From: Psychrobacter sp. DM4
GTDB taxonomy: Bacteria; Pseudomonadota; Gammaproteobacteria; Pseudomonadales; Moraxellaceae
DNA: 32,000 nucleotides
Direction: 5' to 3'
Assembly: GCF_051307035.1 (NCBI RefSeq)
Contig: NZ_CP195536.1
Coordinates: forward strand, 1,560,001-1,592,000
Shown: piece by piece, positions 1 through 10,180 of the stretch
Layout: each line of letters starts with the position of its first letter
Position numbering within the stretch: the stretch's first letter is position 1
Position numbers and translations under genes: made by a program
Notes under the pieces: model-generated
What the model saw: only the letters and a program-made list of their open reading frames with translations
What the model was told of the DNA's origin: nothing
The model's database searches: none

Positions 1-549
1 AGTCTCACAGTGATATTGCATAATCACTGACAGTCGGCCGTAAGTTTTGTTACCGACATCAGCGGTAATGCGCTCAACCACTTCTTTTTGCAGCATAAAG
101 TGCATATCTTGAATGACATCAGCGAAGTCCAATAAATAAAACAATATGGGCGTCGAGATGTTATAAGGTAAGTTCCCCACCACTCGCAGTTTGCCGCGCT
201 CTTCATTATATAGCTCACGGTAATCGACGTGCATAGCGTTGGCTTTTATTATCGTAAAGTTAGGATGACTGTTAGCACCGATACGGATACGTAAGCTATC
301 TGCTAAATCTCGATCCAACTCAACCACAGTCATTGCATCGACCTCGCTTAATAACGGCTCAGTCAAGGCGCCCATACCAGGTCCAATCTCAATCAGATTG
401 TCATCACGCTCCAAGCGAATACTATCAACGATTTGGCGAATAATACTACCATCATGCAAAAAGTTCTGCCCAAAACGCTTACGCGGCTGATGCTTGACTG
501 TTTTTAGACTAGCGGCTAGTGTTTCGGCATTGAACGCGCTTTTTGACAT
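1..549 (-). CDS. rsmA: 16S rRNA (adenine-N6)-dimethyltransferase RsmA/KsgA, N-terminal 183 codons; the 3' end runs off the window start
   Basis: Missing from the ORF track because it has no in-window stop. My translation of the minus strand from the ATG (complement of 547-549) gives [33 protein letters not shown]...[16 protein letters not shown]...[15 protein letters not shown]. The FGQNFL, SAM-binding E-x-GPG-x-G and NLPYNIS motifs are diagnostic. It lies downstream of pdxA on the same strand, as in the enterobacterial pdxA-ksgA arrangement. Confidence 0.9.
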   Translation of the reverse strand, partial: MSKSAFNAETLAASLKTVKHQPRKRFGQNFLHDGSIIRQIVDSIRLERDDNLIEIGPGMGALTEPLLSEVDAMTVVELDRDLADSLRIRIGANSHPNFTIIKANAMHVDYRELYNEERGKLRVVGNLPYNISTPILFYLLDFADVIQDMHFMLQKEVVERITADVGNKTYGRLSVIMQYHCET

Positions 550-784
550 AAATCATTCTTATTCTAATAAAGGACGAGACAAATTATATCATAGCTAATA
601 ATGAACCACTGACTTTCAACACTACCTTCCAAAATAACTAGGAGCTCGTTTGTGCTTCTACTATTATCATATAATTTCTTACTAGCATCACATAATTGCG
701 CGCTAGGTAATAACTTTACGAAGTGATGACTTTAATAAATGATGGTTTTATGATGTATAGACGAGCTAAAAAGCCAGAGTGCGT

Positions 785-1843
785 TCACTCTACCTCAGAT
801 TTATCTGCCATCTCGTTTGCCATAACCAGTGCCTGATAAAGGCTGGTTGCACTAGCGCCGCCGCGCCCTGCCAAATCAAGTGCCGTACCATGATCAACCG
901 AAGTGCGAATGTAAGGCAGACCGAGCGTTAAATTCACCGTATCACCGAAGCCGTGTGATTTTAGCACTGGCAATCCTTGATCATGATACATAGCAATGAC
1001 CGCATCGCAATTTGCTAGATGCCTTGGAGTAAATAGCGTGTCTGCTGGCATAGCTTCAGAGATATTAACGCCTTTGGTGATGAATTCTTGTAAGACAGGA
1101 TTGATAATATCACGCTCCTCAAGCCCTAAGTGACCGCCCTCGCCCGCGTGTGGATTGAGACCGCAAACTAAAATACGCGGCGCGTCCAGACCGAACTTAG
1201 TACGCATATCATCAAGGACGATCTGTACTGTTTGTCGTACATTGTCCTGAGTAATAGCTGTAGGGACGTCTCTAAGCGCTAAATGAGTCGTCACTAGAGC
1301 AACTTTCATCGCAGGATTGGCAAGCATCATTACCACTTTATCACGATGACTTTGTTGCATAAAAAACTCAGTGTGCCCGCTAAACATCGTGCCATCTAAT
1401 AGCTTGATATCGGCATCGATCAACGCTGACTTTTGCAAGGATCCTGTGATGATAGCAGCAACCGTTTTGTCTGCTGCCAGTTGATGCGCAAGCTCCAACT
1501 GCTTAGCAACCATAGCCGCGTTTTTTATCTCTATCTGACCTGCAACAACGGGTTTAGCACAAGGCGTATCTAATAACAAAAACGCGTCACTTGCCAAATC
1601 AATGTTATTTATATCGTCAGTTAGCGATAAAGAGGAATCGATAGATTGCCATTTAGGAGCAGTTTTTAGGACGCCTGCCGATACTAGAGCATCAGCGCGC
1701 GCTTGCATGGCTTGTTTGTCAGCGGTCACCCAGATAGGTCGTGCAAACTCTTGTAATTGACCTTGCGCAGCTAGTATCAGTAGGACGTCCATACCTATGC
1801 CCGCAGGCTCACCTGTTGTTATTAATAGCGGTTTATTTTGCAT
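785..1843 (-). CDS. pdxA: 4-hydroxythreonine-4-phosphate dehydrogenase
   Basis: 352-aa ORF with N-terminal ITTGEPAGIG plus NPHAGEGG, YHDQGLPVLK and TSVDHGTA motifs typical of PdxA. It is upstream of rsmA on the same strand. Confidence 0.93.
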   Translation of the reverse strand: MQNKPLLITTGEPAGIGMDVLLILAAQGQLQEFARPIWVTADKQAMQARADALVSAGVLKTAPKWQSIDSSLSLTDDINNIDLASDAFLLLDTPCAKPVVAGQIEIKNAAMVAKQLELAHQLAADKTVAAIITGSLQKSALIDADIKLLDGTMFSGHTEFFMQQSHRDKVVMMLANPAMKVALVTTHLALRDVPTAITQDNVRQTVQIVLDDMRTKFGLDAPRILVCGLNPHAGEGGHLGLEERDIINPVLQEFITKGVNISEAMPADTLFTPRHLANCDAVIAMYHDQGLPVLKSHGFGDTVNLTLGLPYIRTSVDHGTALDLAGRGGASATSLYQALVMANEMADKSEVE

Positions 1844-2124
1844 AGCAATACAGTCCTATTTGTTTTATAAGTATCTGATTTCATTTAAATAATATTTTAA
1901 TTATTATAAAAGTTTTATACGTATTAAGTGATTATATAATGATTAAGTTATGCAGATAATTTTTTATCTTAACCTTAAAGCATTCTCATAATGTGCTAGA
2001 CTTTCGCATTCGATTGTAGCATTAATTAGTCAGTCATCAAGGCAGGATATCGCGCTTTTATCCCTTGGATAATAACGACAACTGACCTTGAATCTTTGAT
2101 TTAAAACATAAAAACTAGGTACTC

Positions 2125-3525
2125 ATGGCAGACACCGAAAAAACAGACGACTTACTGAATCAGACGCCGCCGCATAATATCGATATTGAAAAGGCACTGC
2201 TCGCATCGTTAATGAGCATTGAGGAGGCGTACGAAAAAATAGCCGATATCGTCACCAAAGACGACTTTTATGCAGGACGTCATCAGCACATCTTTGCAGG
2301 TATTGCGCATCTGGCAGCAGTTAATGAGCCGTATGATACGGTAATGGTGCATGATTGGTTAGAGGCGCAAAAGCTACTCAAATCAGCAGGCGGTGATAGC
2401 TATCTGGCAGATATTTTGAGTCAAAGCCCTGCAACATTATTTAACCTAACGGCGTATGCGCAGCGAGTGCGTGAGCTCTCAACTTTACGTCAGCTCATTA
2501 CGACTGGCAATGATATGCTGACTCTCGCCTACAATCCAAAAGACCAAACGGTCAGTGACATCTTGGACAATGTCGAGGCCAAGATATTTAGTATCAATGA
2601 GCAACACAATAAGCGAGCTGAGCAGCGCGGCCCTGTTGGCATTACCTCAGTATTAACCAACGTGATTGACAAAATCCAAGAGCTCAAATCTAACCCTGAT
2701 GGCATGATTGGATTGCAAACGCCCTTTGCAGAACTCAATAATAAAACCCAAGGTTTACAAGCTGGAGATTTGGTTATCGTCGCCGCGCGTCCGTCTATGG
2801 GTAAGACGACCTTTGCCATGAACTTAGCAGAAGGCGTATTGTTCAATGAGGATTTACCAGTAGTCGTATTTTCGATGGAGATGCCTGCAGAATCTATCGT
2901 TATGCGGCTGCTGTCCTCATGGGGCGCGATCAATCAGACCCATCTGCGCTCAGGGCAAATGAACGAGGATGAATGGGCGAAGATGATGAACGCCATTCAG
3001 CACTTGCAGTCCAAGCATTTATATATTGATGACAGCACTGCGCTACCACCATCAGAGATGCGCTCACGTTGTCGCCGTATCGCTAAAAACCATGATGGCA
3101 AGCTTGGCGCTATCATCGTTGATTATCTTCAGTTGATGAAAGTACCCAACCTTGATGGTAACCGCGTTGGCGAGATCTCTGAGATCTCTCGCAGTCTCAA
3201 AGCTCTAGCGCGTGAGCTTGAATGCCCAGTCATCGCTTTGTCCCAGCTTAACCGTAGTCTTGAGAATCGTCCTAACAAGCGCCCTATTATGTCTGATTTG
3301 CGTGAGTCAGGCGCAATCGAGCAGGATGCTGATTTGATCATGTTTATCTACCGTGATGAGGTCTACAACGAAAACACTGATCATAAAGGCGTCGCTGAGG
3401 TCATCATCGGTAAACAGCGTAACGGGCCTATCGGTACGATACGTCTGGCTTTTGAAGGCCAGTTCACCCGCTTTACCAATTTGACACCTGAGTATTATCA
3501 AGGCGCCACCTTTGACGACGAATAA
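2125..3525 (+). CDS. dnaB: Replicative DNA helicase DnaB
   Basis: 466-aa ORF with Walker A ARPSMGKTTF, Walker B IIVDYLQLM, and the SQLNRSLE and KQRNGPIG motifs of DnaB-family hexameric helicases. The normal length argues against an intein. It is followed by alr, as in E. coli. Confidence 0.97.
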   Translation: MADTEKTDDLLNQTPPHNIDIEKALLASLMSIEEAYEKIADIVTKDDFYAGRHQHIFAGIAHLAAVNEPYDTVMVHDWLEAQKLLKSAGGDSYLADILSQSPATLFNLTAYAQRVRELSTLRQLITTGNDMLTLAYNPKDQTVSDILDNVEAKIFSINEQHNKRAEQRGPVGITSVLTNVIDKIQELKSNPDGMIGLQTPFAELNNKTQGLQAGDLVIVAARPSMGKTTFAMNLAEGVLFNEDLPVVVFSMEMPAESIVMRLLSSWGAINQTHLRSGQMNEDEWAKMMNAIQHLQSKHLYIDDSTALPPSEMRSRCRRIAKNHDGKLGAIIVDYLQLMKVPNLDGNRVGEISEISRSLKALARELECPVIALSQLNRSLENRPNKRPIMSDLRESGAIEQDADLIMFIYRDEVYNENTDHKGVAEVIIGKQRNGPIGTIRLAFEGQFTRFTNLTPEYYQGATFDDE

Positions 3526-3591
3526 ATCGACCCATATTTAGAGTACTCTTGATCGAAACACTTATATAGATGCTAATTCACAAGGCAAATT

Positions 3592-4704
3592 ATGCGCACT
3601 GCTACCGTCACGATTAACCCGCAAGCCATGACTCATAATCTGATGCAAGTCAAAAAGCGTGCACCCAATGCTAAAGTGCTGGCGATGGTAAAAGCCAATG
3701 CCTATGGTCATGGCGTAGCAGCGGTATTGCCTGCACTAGTGCTAGCGGATGCTATTGGAGTGGCAAGCTTTACCGAAGCATTAGAAGCAAGACATTTGGG
3801 CTGGGATAAAGCTATCGGATTGGTTGAAGGTGTGTTTAGTGCAGATGAGTGGCAGCAAGCTATCGATAACGGGTGTAGCTGCGTCATTCACCATGCGCCG
3901 CAGTTAGAGTGGGCGCTCGAATGTATTCCAGCAGTGGACAGCCCAGTGCGAACCGTTTGGCTCAAATACAATACCGGTATGAACCGCTTAGGGTTTGATG
4001 AGCAAGGTGTCGTTAGCGCCGCCAAACGTCTACATGGTGCAGGCTATGCGCTTATCCTGACGACGCATTTTGCCAATGCTGATGACCGCGAGCATCCTTT
4101 AACGTCAACTCAAATACAGCGCTTCAACGATATCTTTGCTATCTTACAAAGAGATGTCGATAAAAATATCAAAGCATCCCTATGCAATTCAGCGGGTATT
4201 GTCAACTATCCTGATAGTCACTGCGATTGGGTGCGACCAGGAATCATGTTGTATGGCAGCTCGCCTGTCACCGATCAGTCTGCCAGTGAGTTGAATTTGC
4301 AAGCCGTCATGGACTTTAGCGCGCAAATTATGGCGTTTCAAACCGTCAAGCAAGGCGCGACTATCGGCTATGGCAGTCGCTGGAGTGCTGAAGAGGACAC
4401 CAGAACCGCGCTTGTGAGTGTCGGTTATGGCGATGGCTATCCGCGAGTTGTCAATAATGACGCTCATGTGAATGTCGTCGATGCTTTGACAAAAGACAGT
4501 TATACCTGTCCTGTGATAGGACGAGTGGCGATGGATATGCTAGTCATAGATGTCAGTAGTACGCCGATTGATCTTGCACTAGATAGTGAGGTGATACTTT
4601 GGGGCGCGGCTTTGCCTGTCGATGACGTCGCGCAACATGCAGGTACGATAAGCTATGAGCTACTGTGCCGCCTAAGCAATCGTCCTCTGCGAGTGATTGT
4701 CTAA
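3592..4704 (+). CDS. alr: Alanine racemase
   Basis: 370-aa ORF with the PLP-lysine motif VKANAYGHG near the N-terminus and a C-terminal SYELLCRL motif. It lies directly downstream of dnaB. Confidence 0.93.
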   Translation: MRTATVTINPQAMTHNLMQVKKRAPNAKVLAMVKANAYGHGVAAVLPALVLADAIGVASFTEALEARHLGWDKAIGLVEGVFSADEWQQAIDNGCSCVIHHAPQLEWALECIPAVDSPVRTVWLKYNTGMNRLGFDEQGVVSAAKRLHGAGYALILTTHFANADDREHPLTSTQIQRFNDIFAILQRDVDKNIKASLCNSAGIVNYPDSHCDWVRPGIMLYGSSPVTDQSASELNLQAVMDFSAQIMAFQTVKQGATIGYGSRWSAEEDTRTALVSVGYGDGYPRVVNNDAHVNVVDALTKDSYTCPVIGRVAMDMLVIDVSSTPIDLALDSEVILWGAALPVDDVAQHAGTISYELLCRLSNRPLRVIV

Positions 4705-4930
4705 ATCGATTATTCTTACAAAATGTTAACGCTTATGTCTAAGTAATGGCACAAAATTTTATACTAGTAAAAACCTTTAGTGTAAGATTCTAAACGAATC
4801 GCCTGACCGAAATTTGGCATTTACATTAAAGGGAATTCAGCTATACTAAAAGTTTGTTGTCACCCGCGCATACTCTTTTGTGCGATAGGATTGAGGGCGG
4901 ATAACATTTTATTGATTTGCTAGGATTGCT

Positions 4931-5854
4931 ATGAGTTTGCGCCATTTTTTGACCTTGTCTGATTTAACCCGTACCGAACTTCAAGACCTTATCAAACGTG
5001 CCAGCGAGCTGCGCAAAATGCAGCATGCAGGCGAGATCTATCAGCCTTTTGTCGGTCGTACGCTTGGCATGATATTTGAGAAATCATCGACCCGTACCCG
5101 TATCTCTTTTGAGACTGGTATGGGACAGTTTGGTGGTAGCGCGATATTTTTGTCGCCCAATGACACACAGCTTGGTCGCGGTGAACCTTTAGAGGACTCA
5201 GCACGCGTCATATCCAGTATGGTCGATATTATTATGATACGTACCTTTGGTCACGAAAAGGTTGAGATTTTTGCTGAGTATTCAAGCGTTCCTATTATCA
5301 ATGCTTTAACCGATGACTTTCATCCCTGCCAGCTCTTAGCTGACATGCAAACCTACTACGAGCATCGCGGTAGTATCGAGAACAAAATCGTTACTTGGGT
5401 TGGGGATGGCAATAATATGTGTGCCTCCTTTATGCAAGCAGCGCATCAGTTTGGTTTTGAGCTACGTGTCGCTGCACCTTATGGGTTTGAGCCAAATACA
5501 GAACTAATGAAGCGCTTTTCGCACTGCGTAAGTTTGGTTGAAAATGTGCAAGATGCCGCTAAAGACTCCAACCTTATCGTCACTGATGTTTGGGCTAGCA
5601 TGGGTCAAGAGTCGGAGCAAAATACGCGCGCGCGCCGTTTTGCACCTTATCAAGTCACGCCGTCCTTGCTCGACAAAGCTGATCCTGACGTCGTCTTTAT
5701 GCACTGCTTGCCGGCGCATCGTGGCGAGGAGATCTCGCATGACATGCTAGATGATCCGCGCTCAGTGGTTTGGGATGAAGCTGAAAACCGCTTGTACGCG
5801 CAAAAGGCATTAATAGAGTTTTTACTTGAAGATAAAATCAAATTATCAGTTTAA
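4931..5854 (+). CDS. argF: Ornithine carbamoyltransferase (anabolic)
   Basis: 307-aa ORF with the carbamoyl-phosphate site SSTRTR, the DDFHPCQ motif and the [10 protein letters not shown] motif. Confidence 0.93.
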   Translation: MSLRHFLTLSDLTRTELQDLIKRASELRKMQHAGEIYQPFVGRTLGMIFEKSSTRTRISFETGMGQFGGSAIFLSPNDTQLGRGEPLEDSARVISSMVDIIMIRTFGHEKVEIFAEYSSVPIINALTDDFHPCQLLADMQTYYEHRGSIENKIVTWVGDGNNMCASFMQAAHQFGFELRVAAPYGFEPNTELMKRFSHCVSLVENVQDAAKDSNLIVTDVWASMGQESEQNTRARRFAPYQVTPSLLDKADPDVVFMHCLPAHRGEEISHDMLDDPRSVVWDEAENRLYAQKALIEFLLEDKIKLSV

Positions 5855-5875
5855 TGCGCCAATGATGGCGTATAG

Positions 5876-5914
5876 AAAAGGCAGGTCACTTTTATAAGTG
5901 ACCTGCCTTTTCTT
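5876..5914. terminator. Bidirectional intrinsic terminator between convergent argF and rpiA
   Basis: Perfect 12-bp stem: ggcaggtcactt (5880-5891) pairs with aagtgacctgcc (5896-5907) around loop ttat. It is flanked by aaaa on the left and ttttctt on the right. Confidence 0.85.
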
Positions 5915-5936
5915 GGACAAGACTTAAGACTGCCTA

Positions 5937-6599
5937 CTAACGCGTTAAAGTTTCAACACCTGCGCTACTCGCTTTTAGTAGTACATCCGCTTGATTAGCT
6001 GCAAAGATACCATTGCATACTACGCCTACGATATTGTTCAGCTCGCTTTCAAGAGCGATAGGATTGCTGACATCTAGATCATAAGTATCGAGAATAACAT
6101 TACCATAGTCAGTGACAAAGCCTTCGCGGTATACAGGTTCACCGCCCAAGGCGGCTAGTTGACGCGCCACATACGAGCGCGCTTGTGGCAAGACTTCTAT
6201 CGGCACTGGAAATTCTCGACCCAAGATATCGACGCTTTTACTAGCATCGACCATACAGATGAATTTATTGGACGCCGCCGCCACAATTTTTTCGCGAGTC
6301 AACGCACCGCCGCCGCCTTTGATGAGTTGCAACTGCGCATTGACCTCATCTGCCCCATCGATATAGACATCCAGCGTTCCTGCAAAGTTCAAATCAATAA
6401 TCTCAATACCTAATGCGCGTAGTTTATCCTCTGTGACCTGCGAGCTTGCGACCGCACCTGCTAGCTTCACTTGCGGCAATAGATCTATCAGGCAGTTGAC
6501 CGTACTACCCGTTCCTACGCCCAAGATCATATCGTCTTCGATATATGCTAGCGCCGCTTTGGCCGCCGCCTGCTTTTGCGTGTGCTGATCACTCATCAT
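5937..6599 (-). CDS. rpiA: Ribose-5-phosphate isomerase A
   Basis: 220-aa ORF with [14 protein letters not shown] and [11 protein letters not shown] motifs of RpiA. Confidence 0.93.
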   Translation of the reverse strand: MMSDQHTQKQAAAKAALAYIEDDMILGVGTGSTVNCLIDLLPQVKLAGAVASSQVTEDKLRALGIEIIDLNFAGTLDVYIDGADEVNAQLQLIKGGGGALTREKIVAAASNKFICMVDASKSVDILGREFPVPIEVLPQARSYVARQLAALGGEPVYREGFVTDYGNVILDTYDLDVSNPIALESELNNIVGVVCNGIFAANQADVLLKASSAGVETLTR

Positions 6600-6829
6600 A
6601 AGCCCCTATGAAAGATAAATTGCGGCTATTATAACGGATAAAATGGTTTTAAGTTAAATATGACCACAGTATTAATATGCTCAAAAAGATATAAAATTGC
6701 ATCTAAAAACTATAGGTTATAGAGCGCCGCAAGCGCTAGGCGCACAAAAATCAAAATTGCACCTTGCAACCCAATCAAAATCAGCATAGGCTAATCTATT
6801 TATTTTTTGCCCTTATTTAGGAATCTATT

Positions 6830-8383
6830 ATGTTATCACGCTGGGTACGCGCCATTTTGCAAGCCACTGTTTATGATGTTGCCATTCAAACGCCACTTGA
6901 GCCTGCGCCCAAACTAACCCAGCGCTTTAATAACGATATTCGCTTCAAACGTGAAGACTTGCAACCGGTATTCTCTTTTAAGCTGCGCGGCGCTTATAAC
7001 CGTATTAGTCAGTTGAGTGATAAGCAAAAATCACAAGGCGTTATTTGTGCCTCAGCAGGCAACCATGCCCAAGGCGTCGCCTACTCTGCGCGCAAGTTAA
7101 TGCTCAATAATATTATCGTAATGCCAAAAACAACGCCTGACATTAAAGTCGATGCTGTCAAGGCGCTAGGTGGCAATGTTGATTTGTACGGTGATAGCTT
7201 TGATGAAGCCAATCGCTACGCGATCAACCGCGCGGAACTTGAGGGCTTAACTTATATTCCGCCTTACGATGATGAGCTGGTGATCGCCGGTCAAGGTACG
7301 ATTGGGCTTGAGCTGACTCAGCAATGGCGTGATATGGATTACGTCTTTGTCGCTGTTGGTGGTGGTGGTTTGATCTCTGGTATTGCCGCCTTTTTGGGTG
7401 AAGTGGCACCGCACGTCAAAGTTATCGCCGTAGAAGCGGCTGAATCCGCTTGTCTAAAGGCGGCGCTTGAAGCGGGCACGCGCGTCAAACTTGAGCAAGT
7501 CGGATTATTCGTCGATGGTGTGGCAGTCGCTCAAATCGGTGAGCTACCGTTCGATGTGATCCGTATGCAAAAGAGTGATGGTTCAGGACCAATAGTTGAG
7601 CCAGAAGTGGTGACTTGTAGCAATGATGAAGTGTGCGCCGCTATCAAAGATGTCTTTGAAGAGAATCGTAGTATTGTAGAGCCTGCTGGCGCTTTATCTA
7701 TCGCTGGTATGAAAAAGTATATCAAAGCTCACGGTTTAAAAGATAAAAATTGCGTTGGTATCGTTTGCGGTGCCAATATGAATTTTGATCGCTTGCGTTA
7801 TATCGCTGAGCGAACTGAGATCGGTGAGAAAAAAGAAGCTATTTTTGCGGTCGCTATTCCTGAACATACCGGCGCTTTTTTGAATTTTTGCCGTAGCTTA
7901 CATGGACGTAATATCACTGAGTTTAATTATAGGGCAGATAGTCATTTGGCGCCCGACTCTATGGAACCAGCCGCTTTATTTGTCGGAATTGCCTTGAAAG
8001 ATGGGGATAAAGAACGTGAAATTATCAGCAAACAGCTAAAAATAGATGGTTATATCGCTCATGACTTAACTGATGATGATATTGCCAAATCACATATTCG
8101 TCATCTGATTGGTGGTCACGCTCACCTCAAAGATGAACAGCTGTTAAAAGTATCTTTTCCTGAGCGTCCGGGCGCTCTATTGAGCTTTTTAGAAAAACTG
8201 GGGGATGATTTTAACATTACACTATTTCATTATCGTAATCATGGTGCGGCTGAGGGACGGGTGTTAGTAGGACTACAAGCCTCAACAAGTAACTCGCGTC
8301 AATTGCAAGATGCCCTGCTCGATATCGGCTATGATTGTACAATGCTCAATGATAATATCGGCTATCAGTTGTTTTTGAAGTAA
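6830..8383 (+). CDS. ilvA: Biosynthetic threonine ammonia-lyase (threonine dehydratase)
   Basis: 517-aa ORF with the PLP-lysine motif FSFKLRGAYN and glycine loop VGGGGLISG. The long C-terminal regulatory region fits the biosynthetic (IlvA) rather than the catabolic form. Confidence 0.93.
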   Translation: MLSRWVRAILQATVYDVAIQTPLEPAPKLTQRFNNDIRFKREDLQPVFSFKLRGAYNRISQLSDKQKSQGVICASAGNHAQGVAYSARKLMLNNIIVMPKTTPDIKVDAVKALGGNVDLYGDSFDEANRYAINRAELEGLTYIPPYDDELVIAGQGTIGLELTQQWRDMDYVFVAVGGGGLISGIAAFLGEVAPHVKVIAVEAAESACLKAALEAGTRVKLEQVGLFVDGVAVAQIGELPFDVIRMQKSDGSGPIVEPEVVTCSNDEVCAAIKDVFEENRSIVEPAGALSIAGMKKYIKAHGLKDKNCVGIVCGANMNFDRLRYIAERTEIGEKKEAIFAVAIPEHTGAFLNFCRSLHGRNITEFNYRADSHLAPDSMEPAALFVGIALKDGDKEREIISKQLKIDGYIAHDLTDDDIAKSHIRHLIGGHAHLKDEQLLKVSFPERPGALLSFLEKLGDDFNITLFHYRNHGAAEGRVLVGLQASTSNSRQLQDALLDIGYDCTMLNDNIGYQLFLK

Positions 8384-8437
8384 GGTTCATCGTCCAAAAT
8401 AAAGTAGTCGCTAAATAGTGTATTCAATAGAGAAATT

Positions 8438-8833
8438 ATGAAAAATTTATTGCTGCTATTAATCGTGATAGTCGTAGGTTATTTTAGCTATCAGTACTTT
8501 GGCTATCAGTACTTTGGGTCAGAAGAGTCGTCTCCTGCCATAATAAATACGGTAGACAATGAGAACTTAGTCGATAGTACTCCTGTAGCAGATACGACTG
8601 TTTTCACCGAGGATGAGCTCAATGACATTCCAGCGACTTACAATGAATCTGTGCCTATCACAAGCGTGCAAACTCCTGTATCAAGCGCTGTAAACTTCAG
8701 TTGTGATGGTAGGCAACAGTGCTCACAGATGACTTCCTGCGCCGAAGCCACTTACTTTAGCAATAACTGTCCTAATACTAGGATGGATGGTAATAACGAC
8801 GGGGTGCCTTGTGAGCAGCAGTGGTGTCATTAG
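8438..8833 (+). CDS. Membrane-anchored or secreted protein with a C-terminal Excalibur-type calcium-binding domain
   Basis: 131-aa ORF with an N-terminal hydrophobic segment LLLLLIVIVVGYF. The C-terminus CAEATYFSNNCPNTRMDGNNDGVPCEQQWC fits the Excalibur D-x-[DN]-x-D-G-x-x-C-E pattern. Confidence 0.6.
   Translation: MKNLLLLLIVIVVGYFSYQYFGYQYFGSEESSPAIINTVDNENLVDSTPVADTTVFTEDELNDIPATYNESVPITSVQTPVSSAVNFSCDGRQQCSQMTSCAEATYFSNNCPNTRMDGNNDGVPCEQQWCH
8487..8516 (+). repeat. Perfect 15-bp tandem duplication (2 copies) inside the Excalibur-domain CDS
   Basis: gctatcagtactttg occurs at 8487-8501 and again at 8502-8516. The duplication is in frame and encodes the doubled pentapeptide YQYFG-YQYFG. Confidence 0.95.
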
Positions 8834-8945
8834 CTCTCGCTAGATTACAGGTACAGATGCTTTATCTATAAATAAGACAGTGCACTTTTAATTATAAAAT
8901 AAACCACCATTATTATCTTACGCTATTGATATTTATGAGGTTTTG

Positions 8946-9392
8946 ATGAGTAAGCATAACAAAAATCACAATCAGCTCAGTCACAGTCACAGTCAGCCTG
9001 ATGCTGTACGTATGCGTATCGATAAATGGTTGTGGGCGGCGCGTTTTTATCGGACTCGCAGCTTAGCTAAAGAAGCCATCGAGAGTGGCCGTGTGCATTA
9101 TGCTGGTAGCCGAGTGAAGACCAGTAAAGAGATCGCAGTCGGCGACGAGTTACAGATTCGTCAAGGTTCTGCCACAGCAATGACCGAAAAGACAGTTATC
9201 GTTGAAGCGTTAACGCTGCAGCGCAGTAACGCAACTGCCGCTCAAATTCTATATTCAGAGACCGAAGAGAGTATAACGCGCCGTGCTTATTATACTGAGC
9301 AGCGCAAACTTGCTAATTTAGCGCGGCCTGATAATAAACCCAATAAAAAAGAGCGTCGCGATTTACAACGGTTTAGAAAAAATCAGGACTGA
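8946..9392 (+). CDS. hslR: Ribosome-associated heat shock protein Hsp15 (S4 domain)
   Basis: RIDKWLWAARFYRTRSLAKEAIESGRVHY and the C-terminal KKERRDLQRF closely parallel E. coli HslR. I prefer ATG 8946 (GAGG at 8937-8940) over the TTG at 8943 used by the ORF track. Confidence 0.9.
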   Translation: MSKHNKNHNQLSHSHSQPDAVRMRIDKWLWAARFYRTRSLAKEAIESGRVHYAGSRVKTSKEIAVGDELQIRQGSATAMTEKTVIVEALTLQRSNATAAQILYSETEESITRRAYYTEQRKLANLARPDNKPNKKERRDLQRFRKNQD

Positions 9393-9439
9393 CTTCGTCT
9401 ACAATCTAGCTATGTGCCAAAGGTTCAATTAATTTTTAT

Positions 9440-9482
9440 GGTCATAATACTCGCTTTTGCTTTTAGCGGATGACCCTTTTTT
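9440..9482 (+). terminator. Candidate intrinsic terminator after hslR
   Basis: Outer stem ggtcat (9440-9445) pairs with atgacc (9470-9475), with an inner cgct/agcg pairing, followed by tttttt at 9477-9482. The interior is imperfect. Confidence 0.45.
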
Positions 9483-9614
9483 CAGTTACTAGGCTTGCCA
9501 TCGTCTATATTTAGCGTTAGGCTGACTGCTAATTGTTTTTCTCCTTATATGTCTGTCATCTGTCTTACTAGTGATAAATGACTATAACCAGTTTTTTGTC
9601 AAAAAGGTTTTGTT

Positions 9615-10121
9615 ATGTTGATGAAAGCATCTACGCCCTCCTCTGTACTTCTTGTATGCCTTGGTAATATTTGTAGATCACCGACCGCTGAAGAGATCTT
9701 TCGTCAGCAGGCGGCTATCGCTGGTCTTAATATGAAAGTTGACTCAGCAGGTACGGGTGATTGGCATATAGGTCACAAACCTGACGCGCGTGCTCAGCGC
9801 CATGCTAAGTCTCACGGCTATAATATTAGTAAACTTGTTGCTCGCCAAGTCAACGCTGAAGATTTTTATAATTTTGATCTGATTTTGGCGATGGATACAC
9901 AAAACTTAGCGGACCTGCAAGTCATTAGAGAAGAGCTATTAGGCTCTAGTCACACCGAAAAGTCGCTTGCCAAGTTAGCCTTATTTAGCGAAGAAGATCC
10001 TACTTATGGCGGCGATAACGTACCTGATCCGTACAAAGGTGATGGCGATGCCTTTGAAGAAGTTATCGAGCGCATTGAGTCCAGCTCAAAAGCATGGATT
10101 GAGAGCTGGAAAGCAGTGTAG
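9615..10121 (+). CDS. Low-molecular-weight protein-tyrosine phosphatase
   Basis: 168-aa ORF with the N-terminal P-loop VCLGNICRSP (C-X5-R-S) and the Asp-loop VPDPYKGD. Confidence 0.88.
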   Translation: MLMKASTPSSVLLVCLGNICRSPTAEEIFRQQAAIAGLNMKVDSAGTGDWHIGHKPDARAQRHAKSHGYNISKLVARQVNAEDFYNFDLILAMDTQNLADLQVIREELLGSSHTEKSLAKLALFSEEDPTYGGDNVPDPYKGDGDAFEEVIERIESSSKAWIESWKAV

Positions 10122-10180
10122 CGTCTGATTTCATTTTTATCACTGTGATTTAGACTCCTTCTCAATCTATAGGCCATGCT

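Noticed and set aside
2529-2933. 134-aa antisense ORF inside dnaB, along with similar antisense or overlapping ORFs such as 3129-3341, 4189-4467, 14355-14625, 17320-17772, 19063-19647, 24300-24629 and 31334-31843
   Set aside because: All lie fully within, or bridge, strongly supported genes on the other strand or frame. They lack motifs and RBS and have skewed Ser/Arg/Leu-rich composition typical of shadow ORFs.
4823-4840. Possible ArgR (ARG box) operator around GGGAATTCAG upstream of argF
   Set aside because: Only the ATTCA half is present. The partner half, which reads ttaaa where TGAAT is expected, matches 3 of 5 positions. No second tandem box is visible.
6660-6745. Possible ilvA leader peptide MTTVLICSKRYKIASKNYRL (ATG 6660), followed by a GC-rich patch able to form two mutually exclusive short hairpins (agcgc/gcgct or gcgcc/ggcgc, about 6722-6743)
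   Set aside because: It superficially resembles a Thr/Val/Leu/Ile attenuator. However, it has no Shine-Dalgarno, only one short run of regulatory codons, stems of just 5 bp, and no U-tract after either hairpin. The evidence is insufficient to call.
8978-8995. Hexanucleotide microsatellite (cagtca) x3 at the 5' end of hslR, encoding SHSHSQ
   Set aside because: It is a real repeat but has only three units. It is in frame, lies in the non-conserved N-terminal extension, and carries no evident regulatory implication.
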